From the NCBI GenBank assembly GCA_038087875.1, contig CM075989.1, positions 16,432,001 through 16,496,000 of the forward strand: a DNA stretch of 64,000 nt, read 5' to 3'. Below, one piece after another: positions 40,101 through 53,879 of this stretch (the stretch's first letter is position 1; each line of letters starts with the position of its first letter). A model generated the notes under the pieces. It saw only the letters and a list, made by a program, of their open reading frames with translations. It did no database searches and had not been told where the DNA came from. The translations under genes and the position numbers were made by a program. This DNA comes from Malacoraja senta (taxonomy: Eukaryota).

Positions 40101-40920
40101 GTGGCATCTAGTGCGGGGCAGGGCTATGTGCGCTGGCTCGGCTCGGCCCCGCTCCACCTCCATCACTCTCCATCTCCGCATTCCCAAATGGAGTGACGAG
40201 CTCGCTGACTGCCCGATTGGCCGAGGCTCCCGGCCGCATTTCACCATTTATGGGCTGATTGGCACTTCTATCCGAAAACCATTCAAAAACCTGTGTGTGG
40301 CAGCGAACAGCCCGCGGAGTCGCCCGGAGCTAGAGCACCGATTCAGCAGTAACCTTGACATTAAACACATCGGCCCGGCTTCCTGTCACAAACATGGGCA
40401 CATCCCCGGTCCACTGATGCTTTCAGCGCAAGTTTCAGCTGTAGATGGAGTTCCGCACCATCTCCCAGACACGGGGTCGCCGGCAAAGAAACACTCAGTA
40501 ATCTGGCACCGCCCCGAACAGGAGACGTCTCCTCGGACATAAACACGAGACAACAACATGGTAAGTTCAAAAAGACAAACACTGCTGTCAGTAAGTGTGT
40601 ATAAGAGAGTATTGAAGTCACTTTTGCCCAGTTGTTCTGGATACAGTTCAACGGCTCGGGATCTAGTTCACAGTCTCCAGACCCCGGGATGTCGTTCCTT
40701 CGAACAAAAAGGAACATGCTTGAAGAAAGCGCCGCAGTCCAGCGCTGCGTCCCGCATTCATTTGCTTGGAAGTGGCCGCGTTGTGAACACGGGCGCCCTC
40801 TGGATAATCAGCCGACGGCGCGGGATACCCACAGGTTGGAAGAGAGCTTTGGCATCGAGTTGTAGAAAGCACTCGCGTGAAACAATGAGACACGGAGGGG
40901 CCGCAGAAGTTGGAATCGCG
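40100..40920. promoter_or_regulatory. CpG-rich promoter region with CArG box, two CCAAT boxes, GC box and CRE half-site
   Basis: High CpG density against a CpG-poor background. CCATTTATGG (CC[A/T]6GG) at 40244-40253; ATTGG at 40216-40220 and 40258-40262; GCGGGGCAGGG near 40112; TGACG near 40194. Confidence 0.75.
40300..40560 (+). CDS. MYO1E: Probable first exon of MYO1E (5'UTR + initiator ATG at 40558-40560 only); 5' boundary unknown
   Basis: aacaacATG|gtaagt, with A at -3 and a perfect donor, inside a CpG-rich region. As I recall, human MYO1E exon 1 encodes only Met, precedes a very long intron and lies head-to-head with FAM81A, as here. No exon 2 seen in the following 23 kb. Confidence 0.7.
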
Positions 40921-41961
40921 AGCAAAAACATAAAGTTCTGGAGGAACTCAGCGGGTCAGGTAGCACTTGTGAAGGGAATGGATAGAGGACGATTCGGATC
41001 GGGACTCTTCTTCAGACAAGGGTCCAGATTGGGCCAAGTTCTCTCTCCCCCCCCACACACACCCCCTACCCACTTTGGATAAAGGGATTGGGAACAAAAG
41101 TACGTCCATTCAAATAATGTAACGAATATAACGTGACCAGACTAAGTTTCCCATAATGGTGTGAACGGAATGTTCTTCCCACTGTTGTCTTGACTGGTGG
41201 TTTTAGGAGTGTGCTGTAACCTCTACATCATTACTAAGAGACAGTGTTTCCACTAATTTGTCTGAAGAAGGGTCTCGATCGAAACGTCACCCATTCCTTC
41301 TCTCCAGAGATGCTGCCTGTCCCGCTGAGTTACTCCAGCTTTTTGTGTCTATCTTTGGTTTTAATATCTGACTTGTAAAACTACCCAACGTGACAAATGA
41401 TGAGTAGAATTATGTGTAATGTAAAAATGAAGATATATAGAAACTAAACACAAGAGAGTGCAGTTGCTGGAATCTTAAGTAAGAGACCCGCTAAGATCCT
41501 CTAGCAGTTTGTTTACACACTAGAAACAGAAAATGGTGGAAATATTCACCAATTCCCAAAGATGTACGGTTGGTAAGTTAATATTTGAAGCAGATACATT
41601 AGTGGCATTTAAAAGACTTTGGATAGACATATGGATATGCAGAGAATGGGGGGAGGGGGTCTGGGTTATGTGCAGGTAGATAAGTGGTGGTCTTGATATC
41701 ATGTCAGGCATAGACATTGTGGGCCGAATGTCCTGTACTGTTCTATGTTCCATGTTAATTGGTAGGTTAAGATGAGTGACAATACGTGGGGAGGTGATAG
41801 AACGGGATTGGTGTCAGTGCGTGTTTGATGCTAGGCAGGGACTCGGTGGGCCGAACAGCCTGTTTCCATTCTGTACCTCCCTATGGCTGTAGGTCGGCGC
41901 AACATCTGTGGAAAAAGAGAAACAATCGTGTGACCAAAGGCCATCGATTTGGAATGTCAAC

Positions 41962-42000
<39 letters not shown>

Positions 42001-44869
42001 ACCATGGGTTCCGCTTGACTTGTTGAGCATGTTAGGTATTGCTTCTGGTCTCCAGAACCCGCAGTGGCGTTGTTTTCTATTCGAAGATATACAACTTTCT
42101 TGTTTTCAAACGAGATGTATGAGAAGCAATGAGAAGCATTCATATCGGTCAACAAAGTTTCAATAGTTATTGCGCTGGTTACACCATGCGTGCGCAGCCC
42201 GTCTGTCGCAGTCTCGCAGAGACAATTATATCGATAACACTTGGGCCATAAGTGAATGATCGAATTGTTTCCTGTTTGGTTAAGAGCAGCAATTAACTTA
42301 TCAATGAAAATATCCATTTTACTTTTTTTTTTTTAAAAGTTCATTCGAATGATTTGTTGACGGCGTGCTGGGTTTTCGTGGTTTAGTAGTGACTGTTTTC
42401 GCCTGCCTGAGTGATCATGTGTTAAACAGTAAAGGCAGCTTTGGCAAAGATCGCTCCGCTCTATGATCTTTGGCTTTGGGTAAGCCCGGCCCCACTGGTC
42501 ATTGTTTCTCATAGTCTATCGCTGTTGACTTTGTAGTTGTCACGTGAGGAAGCAGCTACATAATATACAAAAGGACACAAAGTGCTGGAGTGACTCGTAG
42601 TCATGGTGACTGTTACTGACCAGCACCCATCTGCGGACTGGCTTCAGAACTGTTTACTAGCTATGTTCAATGGCTCTACAGTCACCGTAGCATATGTCTA
42701 ATTGGTGTAAGTGAGAAATCATTTTAGTTAAGACGTGTCTGGTTTCCAAGCAATATAATGTTTATGCATGTTTTGAAATCTTAACAAGGCATAATTTTTT
42801 TTTTGTATCCCATCAAGTCAAGAGAGTTTATTGTCATGTGTCCCAGATAGGACAATGAAATTCTTGCTTTGCTTCAGCACAACAGAATATAGAAGGCATG
42901 AATACAGAATAGATCAGTGTGTCCATATACCATTGTATAAATATATACACACATGCGCCATCCAGCACCATTAGGTTTCGTTTGTTGTAATGTTACACCA
43001 TAGGAAAAATAAACAAGTGCTCCAATTTAACATAAAAATGAGGTATATACAGGAGAGGCCATCTCATCCTTCAGGTCTGCACCACCATTCATCAAGTTCA
43101 CGGCTGAACTTCCTGTACAGCTCTATTTTCATGCACGATCCTCCATGTCCCTAGATTTCCTTAATATACTGACTTTTCTCTGAATTAGACCATTGATTGC
43201 GCCTCCACAGCCCTCCCTGGTAGAGAATACCGAAGATTCGCCTTTTGCTGGGTGTATGGAATGAGTTGCCAGAGGAGGAAGTTAATGCAGATACTAACAA
43301 CATTTAAAAAAACATTTAGACAATTATATGGATAGGAAAGATTTAGAGGGATATAGGTCAAAAGAAGGAAAATGAGGCTAGTTTAGATAGGCCATCTTGG
43401 ATGAATTGGACCAAAGAGCCTTTTCTCTGCTGTGCTACTGGCATGACTTTGTATTAGCTAAGGACACCAGTCCAGGTTCAGCTTCACCAAAGCCAGCCCT
43501 AAATGCAGTAAGATATCTTTAGTCCTATCCATTTTCTCCAGAGATGCTGCCTGACCCGCTGAGTTACTGCAATGTTTTTGTGTCTATCTTTGGTATAAAT
43601 CAGAATCTGCACTAGATTTTTATTACTAGATAATTTTAGTCCTGGTCTCAAATTCTCTTTTAATAAAGGCCAACATTACATTCGCATTTCTAATGTGTGT
43701 TAGCTTTCAGTGATTCCTGTACAAAGGTATCTTGCATTCTTTGAATTCCAGCATTTCCCAATCTGTCACCATTTAAAAAAAAATACAGTTTTTACTGTTT
43801 GGTGCCCTAAAGTAGATGGCTTCACATATTTACACATAATATTTAATCTGCCATATTCTTGCCCACTTATTCTGTTGAATCCTGTATAAGGAGGTCATCT
43901 GATGGAATTCTCATCTCATGTTGCTAAGTTCCAAACTTATGACCATTATGGCATTGCTTGTCTCTTAGAGAGGCAAGGTAGGCACCAAGGTTTTGCTGGT
44001 AAGATAGGTGGAAGCCTGTGTGTAGCATACATTCAAGCATGCGTCAATGTCCATAATTCGTATGTAGAACTAAATCAGTCTAATTTCTCGGAGATACTTT
44101 TCCATTTCAGACTGAACCTCTAATCATCAGTAATTGCCATAAAATTATTTAGTTGCAACTTTAATGTAGTCTGACAGACTGGTTCCATGCTGAGATCCAA
44201 AAGTTATGTTTTGATGTACAATGCTCCAGACAACAGCTAACTCTAAAATCGAACTATCCAGTTACATGTTAGTTAAGCTTAAAATGGAAGCCTGTGCACT
44301 TATTGTTTCTGTAAGTGTGCCAGTATATGTGTCGTCATGGTTTGCTGCAGCAGTAAATTGTGAACAGTGGATGCCAAATGAATATGACGATGCAGTGGTT
44401 AAGTGCTCCATCCTGTTTTGCCATTGAATATCTATGTGCATCTATCTCAGCATCTATGTGCAGCTCTATTTCCAGACATTTTTGGATCCAGATATTAACC
44501 ATATGCACTTAAATAGACAGGATTTCTTAAACACTTGGGGAGGGACAGGAAGAAATAACCAGAAGTTTTAAACCATTCAGATAGACTTCCACATCTTTCA
44601 GGAACTAGAAATATGAATTTGTCCCATTGGCTGTACAGCACCTGCTTATACTGTAGAGAAAAGACGAGTTATACTTGTAACTTAAAAATACAAAGTTATT
44701 TCCTCTTATGGTGAATAAATGTAGTCACGGAATGGCTAAGACTTTCCAGTCAACAAGATCCTAGTTGCTTTACCACTCAGATGACCTGCTCCATACAGTG
44801 CAGTTGGACAGTTCTTGCTCTGTCTTGCTGGATTGACATGGAGTGACCAATGTTAGAAATTCAACCAAA

Positions 44870-45570
44870 TGGACATTAATTGAGGATAGGCGAGATAGGT
44901 GAGGATTGTACATCGGTGTAACCAAGCATGGACATGTGGCTGAACACATGTTCTGTCCACTGAGGCCTACTGGATGTCCTGGTTGCTAACTATTTTAACC
45001 CCCCTTCCCAATCCTATATTGACCTTTCTGTCCTGGCACTCCTCCAGTGTCAGAGTGAGGCCACACACAAACTGGATGAACAGCACCTCATATTCTGCTT
45101 GGGTAGCTTACAACCCAATGGTATGAACAGTGAATTATTCAACTTTAGGTATCTTCCTACCAACCCTCTCCCCATTTTCTCACCCACACTCACCCATTTT
45201 CTTTCTCCTCCCTACCCTCTCCTATGCCCCACCTAGACTCCCACCTATTTCTCCCCTCACACTCTGACCCTCTTGCCACTTTCCTTCCTCTAGCATCACA
45301 ATTTGCAACTCTTTAACCCTGTGTCACACCACTTTCTTTTATCTCTGGGCTTTCTTTCAACCATCGGCCGTGCCTGTGTCCACCTATTAACTGCCATGCT
45401 TTGTCCTGCCTCTCCCTTCTTCTAGCTTTCAGCCCCTCTACAATGTAAAAGAGTCTTGACGTGAAACATCAGCTTTCCATATTCACCAGAGATGCTGCCT
45501 GACCTGCTGAGTTACTCCAGCACTTTGTGTCCTTTTGTGTATTAACCAGCATCTCAGCTCCTTGTTTCTA
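44870..45570 (+). mobile_element. Older degenerate Penelope-like element (endonuclease end + 3' repeat)
   Basis: DLSVLALLQCQSEATHKLDEQHLIFCLGSLQPNGMN-like reading, then a pyrimidine-rich tract and the same gatgctgcctgacctgctgagttactccagca tail. Confidence 0.8.
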
Positions 45571-45747
45571 TAATGCGGATAGGATTGCATTTTGGTTCAT
45601 GCACCCCAGTGCCAGGTTCACTCCTACATTTACACAGCTTGCTAGTATTTGCGCCAAGATCTATGATTGAATGAGATTACCTTGGTGAGCTGCTACAGGG
45701 CACCTAGTGCTGTGGAATTGTATCTGCACAAAATCAATACCTTCAGT

Positions 45748-46788
45748 TAGCAATGTTACAAAATTTTGAGATTTTAAAAATAAAGTCTGCAATTTATTCC
45801 ATCAGATAAAGCATAAAAAGAAGTTTAATTTGACACCTAATTCACTTTCATATCTTCAGTATTAAAGAAGTTATGGCCATTTTCATACTCGGAAATTAGC
45901 ATCTTGTTCCCTATTGCTTTTCCATTGACTTAACACAAAAGCTGTGATCGAGGACAGTTAAAAGCCCATAACTTTCTTAAAAATTAAGATAACTGAAAGA
46001 AATTTTCAGTTATTATAGATTGAAGCATTCTGAAACAAATATGAAACAATCTTACTTAGAAGACATGAAAGTAAAGCATATAATTAGTTAGTTACCTAAT
46101 TGTAGCTAATTACAAAATTCTATTACTAGATCTAAACATCTATCAATTTCTTAAGAATAGATTAACATTTTTAAATAGCCTAAGTGTCCAAATAACATTC
46201 ACACAATAATTCACAATATAACATAATTTTTAAATCTCATTTTCATGTATTTACAGGCCAAATGGAAGGAATTGAATGTTTAATACCTGTAAATTAATGG
46301 GCATTTAAATCATCTTGTGAGTGAGGATTTCTGGAACGCGATCTTTTGGAACGTTCATTTGTGGTGAATTTAACCCCGTATTGGCATGAAAAATACTGCC
46401 GTTAATTCGGGGAATAAAATCAGTGTGTCGCATGAAAAAATGTGAATTAAAGGCTTCTTAAGACGCAATTTTATACATTTAAAGAAACCACTTTCGTTTA
46501 CCTGTCCCGTGAGTGAAATCCGTCCCCGTTATCGGCGTTGACGCTTCAGGAGCTGATTTTAAAATTACTTTAGCGCTGACATTGACGATTTAATAAAAAT
46601 AAAAAATACACAAATCGCCACTAGGAACGATTTTTCAGCCAACGCTTGTACTCCAACAAAATATTAACCAGGACAAGGGAGGAGAAACCCGCGTTTTAAC
46701 CCCGCCCCCCCTTAAAGGCGCCAAAATCCCGCACACGGCCAGTGCCAGAATTACAGCGCGACTGAAGGTAAGTATTGTAACATACCTA
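45748..46788. mobile_element. Non-autonomous DNA transposon (hAT-like termini, 7-bp TSD)
   Basis: Left end TAGcaATGTTACAA; right end reverse complement TAGgtATGTTACAA. Direct repeat cttcagt at 45741-45747 and 46789-46795. No ORF inside. Confidence 0.75.
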
Positions 46789-48050
46789 CTTCAGTCAAGA
46801 TGGCATAAATTGTTTAATCAAAATAAGATACTCCATTTCTTCAATCGTTATTTTCCTAAAATTAAATAAATCTGTGTTCTTGAAGATCTAATCCAGACAG
46901 CTTAGAAGTTTTATTTTTCATTGATTGTAGTGAAAATTAAATTTTTATTACATCTAATTTGTTCGTTGAAAATCAGTTTTGTGCAGTTATCTAAATGTGA
47001 CGGCTGTTATCATTTATTAGCCAAGACCGTTTAAGGAACAGCATCTGTTTTCTAAGGGATTTTTGTTTACTCTCTCAAACTTATTCCTCTTTATTTTATT
47101 ATATGGAATGTAATGAGTTTATGGGTGCTTTCTGCATGACCTCCAACTTTGATGGTGCATTTTAAATGGTTTTAAAATGTTTAGATCAAATAGTGCTTGT
47201 TGAACTTGGCTTGGTTTGCAAAACAGTTTTAAAGATTTACACATTAATGCTCAGAGATTTCAAAGATAAATTTACATGAAGTGAATTCCCCCCCACCCCC
47301 CACAACCCCCCCCCCCCCCCCCACAAGCAAAGAACATGTATTTGTAAAGACAGTGTTCTGCCTTTTTGAAGTTACATACACCATTGGAAAACAGCTATTC
47401 TTCACTAACACGATCCCCTTAGTAGTTCTGACGAGAACCATCAATATTTTGATTCATGTTGGATGAAGGAGGAAAATTAGCCAAACACGAAAAGTTCTCA
47501 GTATTTCTTTAAATAGTGGGCTGGGATTTTATAAGTCTACTTACAAGAGCTGAAAAGGGTTAACATCTAACCGAAGGTACAGACCTTTACAATGTAGCAC
47601 CGCCCCAGTACTACACCAAAGTGTTTAACCTGGATTGTTAGTTGAAGCACCACGTACAACAAAACTCTGAGCCTTTGCACCCTTGAAAAAAGATCTCCCA
47701 GCGAGGCTGAACTGATAGTAATTCAATTCAAATTAAGACCTGTGTTTTCCTTTTCTTTCCCTATGAAACAGCAACACTGAAAATGTTGCCAAAGTGGTGT
47801 CCTTGTAACTGTACAAAAAAACAGACAGTAGAATCAGTCATAAACTCATTCATCAGATGTAAGCAGTAGTTTAGTGAAACAGCTGTTTCACGTTAAGAAC
47901 AGGCCTTCCCTAGATGCAAGCACAGTAGTCTTACAGTGGAAGATTCTGTTTTCTGCAGAGCTTTAGTCTGGGCCTGATAATAACAGTTGATACTGCAGAC
48001 TATGTTTTCATCACCAAGAACATAAGAGTAGTTGGCTACTTAAGAATTAT

Positions 48051-48199
48051 GTATAAGAAGAAACTGCAGATGCTGGTTTAAACACTTAAAAACTGTGTTT
48101 AAACCAGATAGACACAAAAAGCTGAAGTAACTCAGCGGGACAGGCAGCATCTCTGGAGAGAAGGAATGTGTGACGTTTCAGGTCGAGACCCTTCTTCAG
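48051..48199 (-). mobile_element. Penelope-derived short element
   Basis: TSD acttaagaattat at 48038-48050 and 48200-48212. Confidence 0.85.
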
Positions 48200-51100
48200 A
48201 CTTAAGAATTATCTCTGCTATACTTATTCCAGTTTGCTTTGCAGCTGTAATCAGTTTGGCTGGTCATGGGAATGTGGTCTACACAGCATACAGACTGTGA
48301 ACAAAAATAGCCAGTTCATTATGACCCCACTGTATTGGCAGTGTGTGTGCTTAAGAATAATAAGTTAGGCTGCATTCAACACTATTATTTGTGAAGATGA
48401 TGGATTCTTGTGTATTGAGAAAATCAATGAATATGTGATTAATGCAGTAAGGTGGAAAATCCTCCCCGATTTTGTTGAATGGCAGAGCAAGGATGAACAG
48501 CTGGACGGACTACAACAGGAGTCATAGAGTTATACAGAGCGGAAAACAACCCTTCAGCCGTTTATACCGACCAAGATGCCCCATTTAAGCTAGTCCGATT
48601 TGCCTGCATTTGGACCATATCACTTTCCCATCCTTTCCTACACCTTTCCTATCCGTGTACCTGCCCAAGTGTTTTTTAAGTGTGTTACCTGCCTCGACTA
48701 ACTTCTCTGACAGCTTATTCCATATACCCACCACTCTGAGTGAAAAAGTTGCCCCTCAGGTTCCTATTAAAAATTCCCATCTTAAACCCATGTCCTCTGG
48801 ATCTTGATTCCCCTACCCTGAGTAAAAGACTGTGCATTCACCCAATCAGTTCCCTTCAATATTTTATACACCTCTATAAGTTCACCCCTCAGCCTCCTGT
48901 TCTCCAGGAGGAATAAAGTCCTAATTTGCCCAAACTCTCCCGCGAGGCACAGACAAGTCTCTAGCTCAGGCCCTCGAGTCCTGGCAACACCCTCGTCAAT
49001 CTTCTCTGCACTCTACTTTTATATTTTATTTTCTAAGTAAGTCTGGTAAAGTCAATGAATGCCACAATTTGACACAGTTATTTACTCATTCAGTAAAGCA
49101 GAGCTCTGATCTGCGTAGGTTTACTTATGTGCAGTTACTGGCAGGGCATGTATAGAAGTTGGAATTACTCAGCCTTGCACTGCCTAGTTTGGCTCCGGCC
49201 CCAGATTAAACTGGCCTCCACAATTTCTTCAGTGATACACTTTGTATATTTTTACTGAACTGTAAAAACTCTAACTCACAAAAGATTCTTTTTCCTTGTG
49301 TAATGTTTTAACAGCATTTGTAAGCGCTATAAGAATTTATTTGTAAAATATGCATTCAACACACCGCACCATTTGTGTGATAGCTCGCTCTGAATTATAC
49401 ACAGAAACCAATGTTAATCCTGTTTTTAAAGAACGGCAATGAATTTTATGAATGGTATATTTTATTGATCTATTTTGGAATCATGCGTCATCTGTTCATC
49501 CATGGCACAGCTTGTTGCAGGAGAACTTTGGACAAGAAAGAGAAAGAGGAACTGGAATGATGAAACCCTTCATCTCATCATTTTCAGGACTCAGCAAAAT
49601 AGTTTGTGGCCAATGATGGCAGTTTTAAAGTGTTGTTTCAAGGATATATGTTGACCAGGGTATTGGAGATATCAAGTCAGGAGTGTTTTATTGTCATATG
49701 TCCCGAAACAGAACAATGACATTCTTACTTGCTGCAGCACAACAGCTATGTAATCATAGTACTCAGTAGTCACCATAATAAACAACGGAAATAAGTTCAA
49801 TATATAAAAAACGACCAATATAATGCAAAGACAAAATCAATGCCACCAAATCCCTAGTTCAATCAAGATAGTTTGTAATTTAGAGTTGAGTTGGAGTTCG
49901 TCTTGTTCAATAGCCTGATGGTTGTTCTTTTTGCTTTTCTTCCAAAAAGCACTGTGGTATCTTTCATTCCTGTATGATGGTTCCGATGTTTTAACCTTCA
50001 ATGACAGCCTAACGAAGGCAGTGTCAGTGATACAGCAATTACTCAGAACTGTCTCCAAGAGTCATCTTAGATTTTTGTATTCGACTCTAGAGTGAGACTT
50101 GCACCCGTGACTGTGACTTCCAGCTGACACAGATGGATGGAGTCTCACTCAGTATTGTGTTGCTCAAGACTATATAGTGGCTGGTGGACGGCAGGCATCC
50201 CATGTTAAAATAATTCACGCACAGGCGCCTTCGACTGGGAGTGAAGTGGAAACACATTTTTCTGGACCACAATGAACCACCTACAACTGGGGGAATGAGA
50301 AAAGGTGAGTTCTTAGGTGGTATCAGGAGACTAGATACTTTGGATTTGTCCCCTACAATCCATTCCAATCTACACGGATGTTTGTGTGAATGTGATTCAT
50401 TTATGGAGTTCCTTTCATTTTATGGAATGGCACTACAGTACTTCATTCAGGAAAATAATCCACAAAGCAAAAGAAGCTGTCTTAGTAAAATTAGGCTTTG
50501 GTCACTGGCCTGCAGTGATCGTAGTTAAGATGCTCTGGGAGTGCCAGAACCATCCCTGAACCCACCATTTTAAGTTGAAGAGGAAGACAATATCAGGCAT
50601 GGAGGAAAGCAGGTGGTCGACTCTGGTGGTTCACTGATGCATGCTGTTCAGTTAAAATGACACATTAATACTCGATTGATTGTGGCATATTGATTTCTAG
50701 ACTGGAGGAAATAAAATTATTTGGAAATAATAGATGAGATTAATATGTTACAAGTATACTGCCATGCATGGATGAACCAATAAATTCACTATTGCCCCTT
50801 TCTCATAGTTTGCAAGCTTTATATCAAGTTCTACCAGGTAAGCGATTTATTGGACACTGCTTCATAGTGTAAGGTGATCGCTACTCAGTATCATGGACAT
50901 ATTCTAAATGTGAGAATGGTGCAAGTTATAATATAATATAATAAGAGAATGTGTTTTAGTTTTCATCGAAAACACACAAGTAACATGTGGATACGTACGA
51001 TGACTTTAGAAAATAATGGTTATTAATGCTAAAAAAATAATAATTAAATACATATTCACTGAAGTCTTGAGATTGATGTATATTCATCAGTTTTCAGATG

Positions 51101-51612
51101 CCATGATAAATATTAAGAGTTGAGATTTGAAACAGAGCAGTAGTTTCTTTTCTCTGTGCCCTTTTATTTATTTTTAGAAATAAATCTATTGGATATTCCC
51201 TTCACCAACCTCCTCTGTTAGATCACTGATCCATGTACAGAAACATAAAAAGTGGGAACTGAAACAGAGCTATTTGACCCTACTATACCATTCAAAATCT
51301 TCATGGCTATTCATCCAAATTATGTACCCTGTGCTGGGTTCCTCCCAATATACTTCGACCCCTCTAGCTCTAAGAATATATATCCAACTCCTTCCTGAAT
51401 ATACTTAATGATTTAGTTTCAACATCTTCACGTGCTAGAGATTTCCACAGGCTCACCACTTTCTGGGAGAAGACATTTCTCTTCACCTTGATCTGAAATG
51501 GCTTTCCCCTTAACTTTATACTGTGACCCCTTTGTCCTGGGCTCTCTGGCCTTCAAGAAAGCCCTTTCTGCTTCCTGTGGCTTTAAACAGGCCAGATTGG
51601 TTTGGGCAAAGG

Positions 51613-51912
51613 TTTAGTTTAGTTTAGAGATACAGCGCAGAATCAGGCCCTTTGGCCCACCAAGTCCGCACCGACCAGCGATCCCTGCACATTAACACCA
51701 TCCTACACACTAGGGACAATTTACATTTATACCAAGCCAATTAACCTACAAACCTGTACGTCTTTGGAGTGTGGGAGGAAACTGAAGATCTTGGAGATAA
51801 CCCAAGTGGTCACAGGGAGAACGTACAAACTCCGTACAGACAGCACCCATAGTCGGTATTGAACCCGGGTCTTTGGCGCTGTAAGGCAGCAACTCTACCG
51901 TTGTGCCGCGCC
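51613..51912 (-). mobile_element. tRNA-derived V-SINE (HE1-like); other minus-strand copies ~2320-2635, 9555-9845, 12738-13045, 54270-54598, 61226-61530, 61655-61757
   Basis: tRNA-like head with A/B boxes, V-domain (gtttgtacgttctccctgtgacc...ttcctcccacactccaaagac), and a CR1-like tail ending (ctaaa)n. Confidence 0.85.
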
Positions 51913-52552
51913 CTGCGCAACCTGTGATATCACTGGGCTAGCATCTCATCAGTTGTTAACATGTGGAGTATAAATTGGCCACAAAGTCCCAACCTAACTC
52001 TAATGGAAAAAGAGTAGCACTCCACATTAGCCAGGTACAAGGCCAGGCACTTATTCAAAATTCAACTTAGATTTGCAGTTATCATTGTGTACATACTAAG
52101 TGACACCTTATTTCACTAACAGTATACTTCATAATGTAAATAATCCCTTAAAATATTTGTTCATGGCACCTCAACCTGGTATTTAATGTTCATAATCCAG
52201 GAGCGACACTGGGAGGTCATTGTTGAATTTATGAACTTTTTAAAAAACAGTTTAATCCAATATGGTCAATTTATTTTGCTTTTAAGAAGAAGATATCTTG
52301 AATATAAAAGCCAACATTCATGCTAAACAAACAATGGTGTCGGCTTAAAGTAGTTGGGAAGAGAGAAATCTCACTGCACTAAGTTTTGCAGAGTGGAGTG
52401 TTTCCCCTGGTCTATCTCCTCCCCACCCCATTGCACTTTACCATGTTGTCTCACTTCATGGAAGTGTGATGGACCTCCAAATGGACATACCTCTTGTATT
52501 CGATGCGCATGATTGAGAATATTGTCCTGTATGATTTTGTCATTATAATGAT

Positions 52553-52780
52553 AGACAAAAATGCTGGAGAAACTCAGCGGGTGAGGCAGCATCTATGGAG
52601 CAAAGGAAATAAGCGACGTTTTGGGTCGATTCCTTTCTTCAAATCCTCGACCCGAAATATCAGACCCGAAATGACCCTTCTTCAGACACTTCGCTCCATA
52701 GATGCTGCCTCACCCGCTGAGTTTCTCCAGCATTTTTGTCTACCTTCGATTTTCCAGCATCTGCAGTTCCTTCTTAAACA
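52553..52780. mobile_element. Fold-back Penelope-derived short element
   Basis: TSD ttgtcattataatgat at 52537-52552 and 52781-52796. Rearranged core fragments at the inversion point. Confidence 0.85.
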
Positions 52781-53879
52781 TTGTCATTATAATGATCATT
52801 TTAATACTATTTCTGCTCTCCTTGATTAGCCCTTGAATTACAAAATTAAGGTATGCATTTCAGTAACTCTGGGAGAATATTCAGGCTGGCAAAGGGTATC
52901 CATTTTTGGACACTCTTTTATAATATGCCTGTCTCCTTGGATGATTTTATGGAATGCTTTGAGGATTGGGGGGTCCTAACCCCACCAGAGTGTGTTCCGC
53001 CATCGACCCCTCATCTCCCACCACTGATCTGACCAATATTTATTTCTCAACCTATGACACAGAAACTAATAACTGTTCGTTATTGCGTTGCTATTTGTGG
53101 GTCCTTGCTTCGTAAGCATTTGTTTAAGCATTTACGATTTTACCATGGCATTCATACTTGCAAAGTTACCTTGTAAGCTGTAAGTGCTTTGGGTTATACG
53201 GATGTTATTAAAGTTCTCATAAAATTATTCCATTTGATAATCATGCACTCAATGTAGAAATGTTGAGTTATTTTTTACAATAATTTCAGTTACAATTCAT
53301 GAATTTGGGAATGCAAATAAATCACAGATTCTGGCTTAAATCATGCAATATATATATGAGAGAGAGACATTTAAACCAATTGAGAATGTTTAAACAATCT
53401 TTGGGCTTTTTTAAATACTTTTTAGATTACATATTTTCATGAAAAATTGTATTGAATGCAAAGTAAAAATGATACTTTATCAACACGAGTTGTTATAATG
53501 TGTAGAAAGGAACGGCAGATGCTGGTTTATAAGGAGATAGGCACAAAGTGCTGGAGTAGCTCAACGAGTCAGGCAGCATCACTGGAGAAAAGAGATGGGT
53601 GACGTTTCAGGTCGGGACCTTTCTGCAGATTGAAAGTAGGGGGAAGGGAACTGGAGGTAAGAAAAGGCCAGAACAAAGCAGGGCTGGTAACAGATGACCA
53701 AGGAAGGGTGTACGCACTGGCCCATTATTTGCTGGGGAAGAGGTGATAATGAAGGTATACAGGGATGCAAACAGTGGGACTAGCAGGACAACTAGAGTAG
53801 GGGAGCACGGGAGTCGGGGAGAGAGGGAAGGGAGTTATTATAATGGTGCTCAACGTCATTCATGGATGTTGATGCTTTG

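Noticed and set aside
40012..41082. 176-aa and 174-aa ORFs at the promoter
   Set aside because: No recognisable homology. Stop scarcity follows from GC richness, the second ORF reads through a perfect splice donor, and it ends in a repeat.
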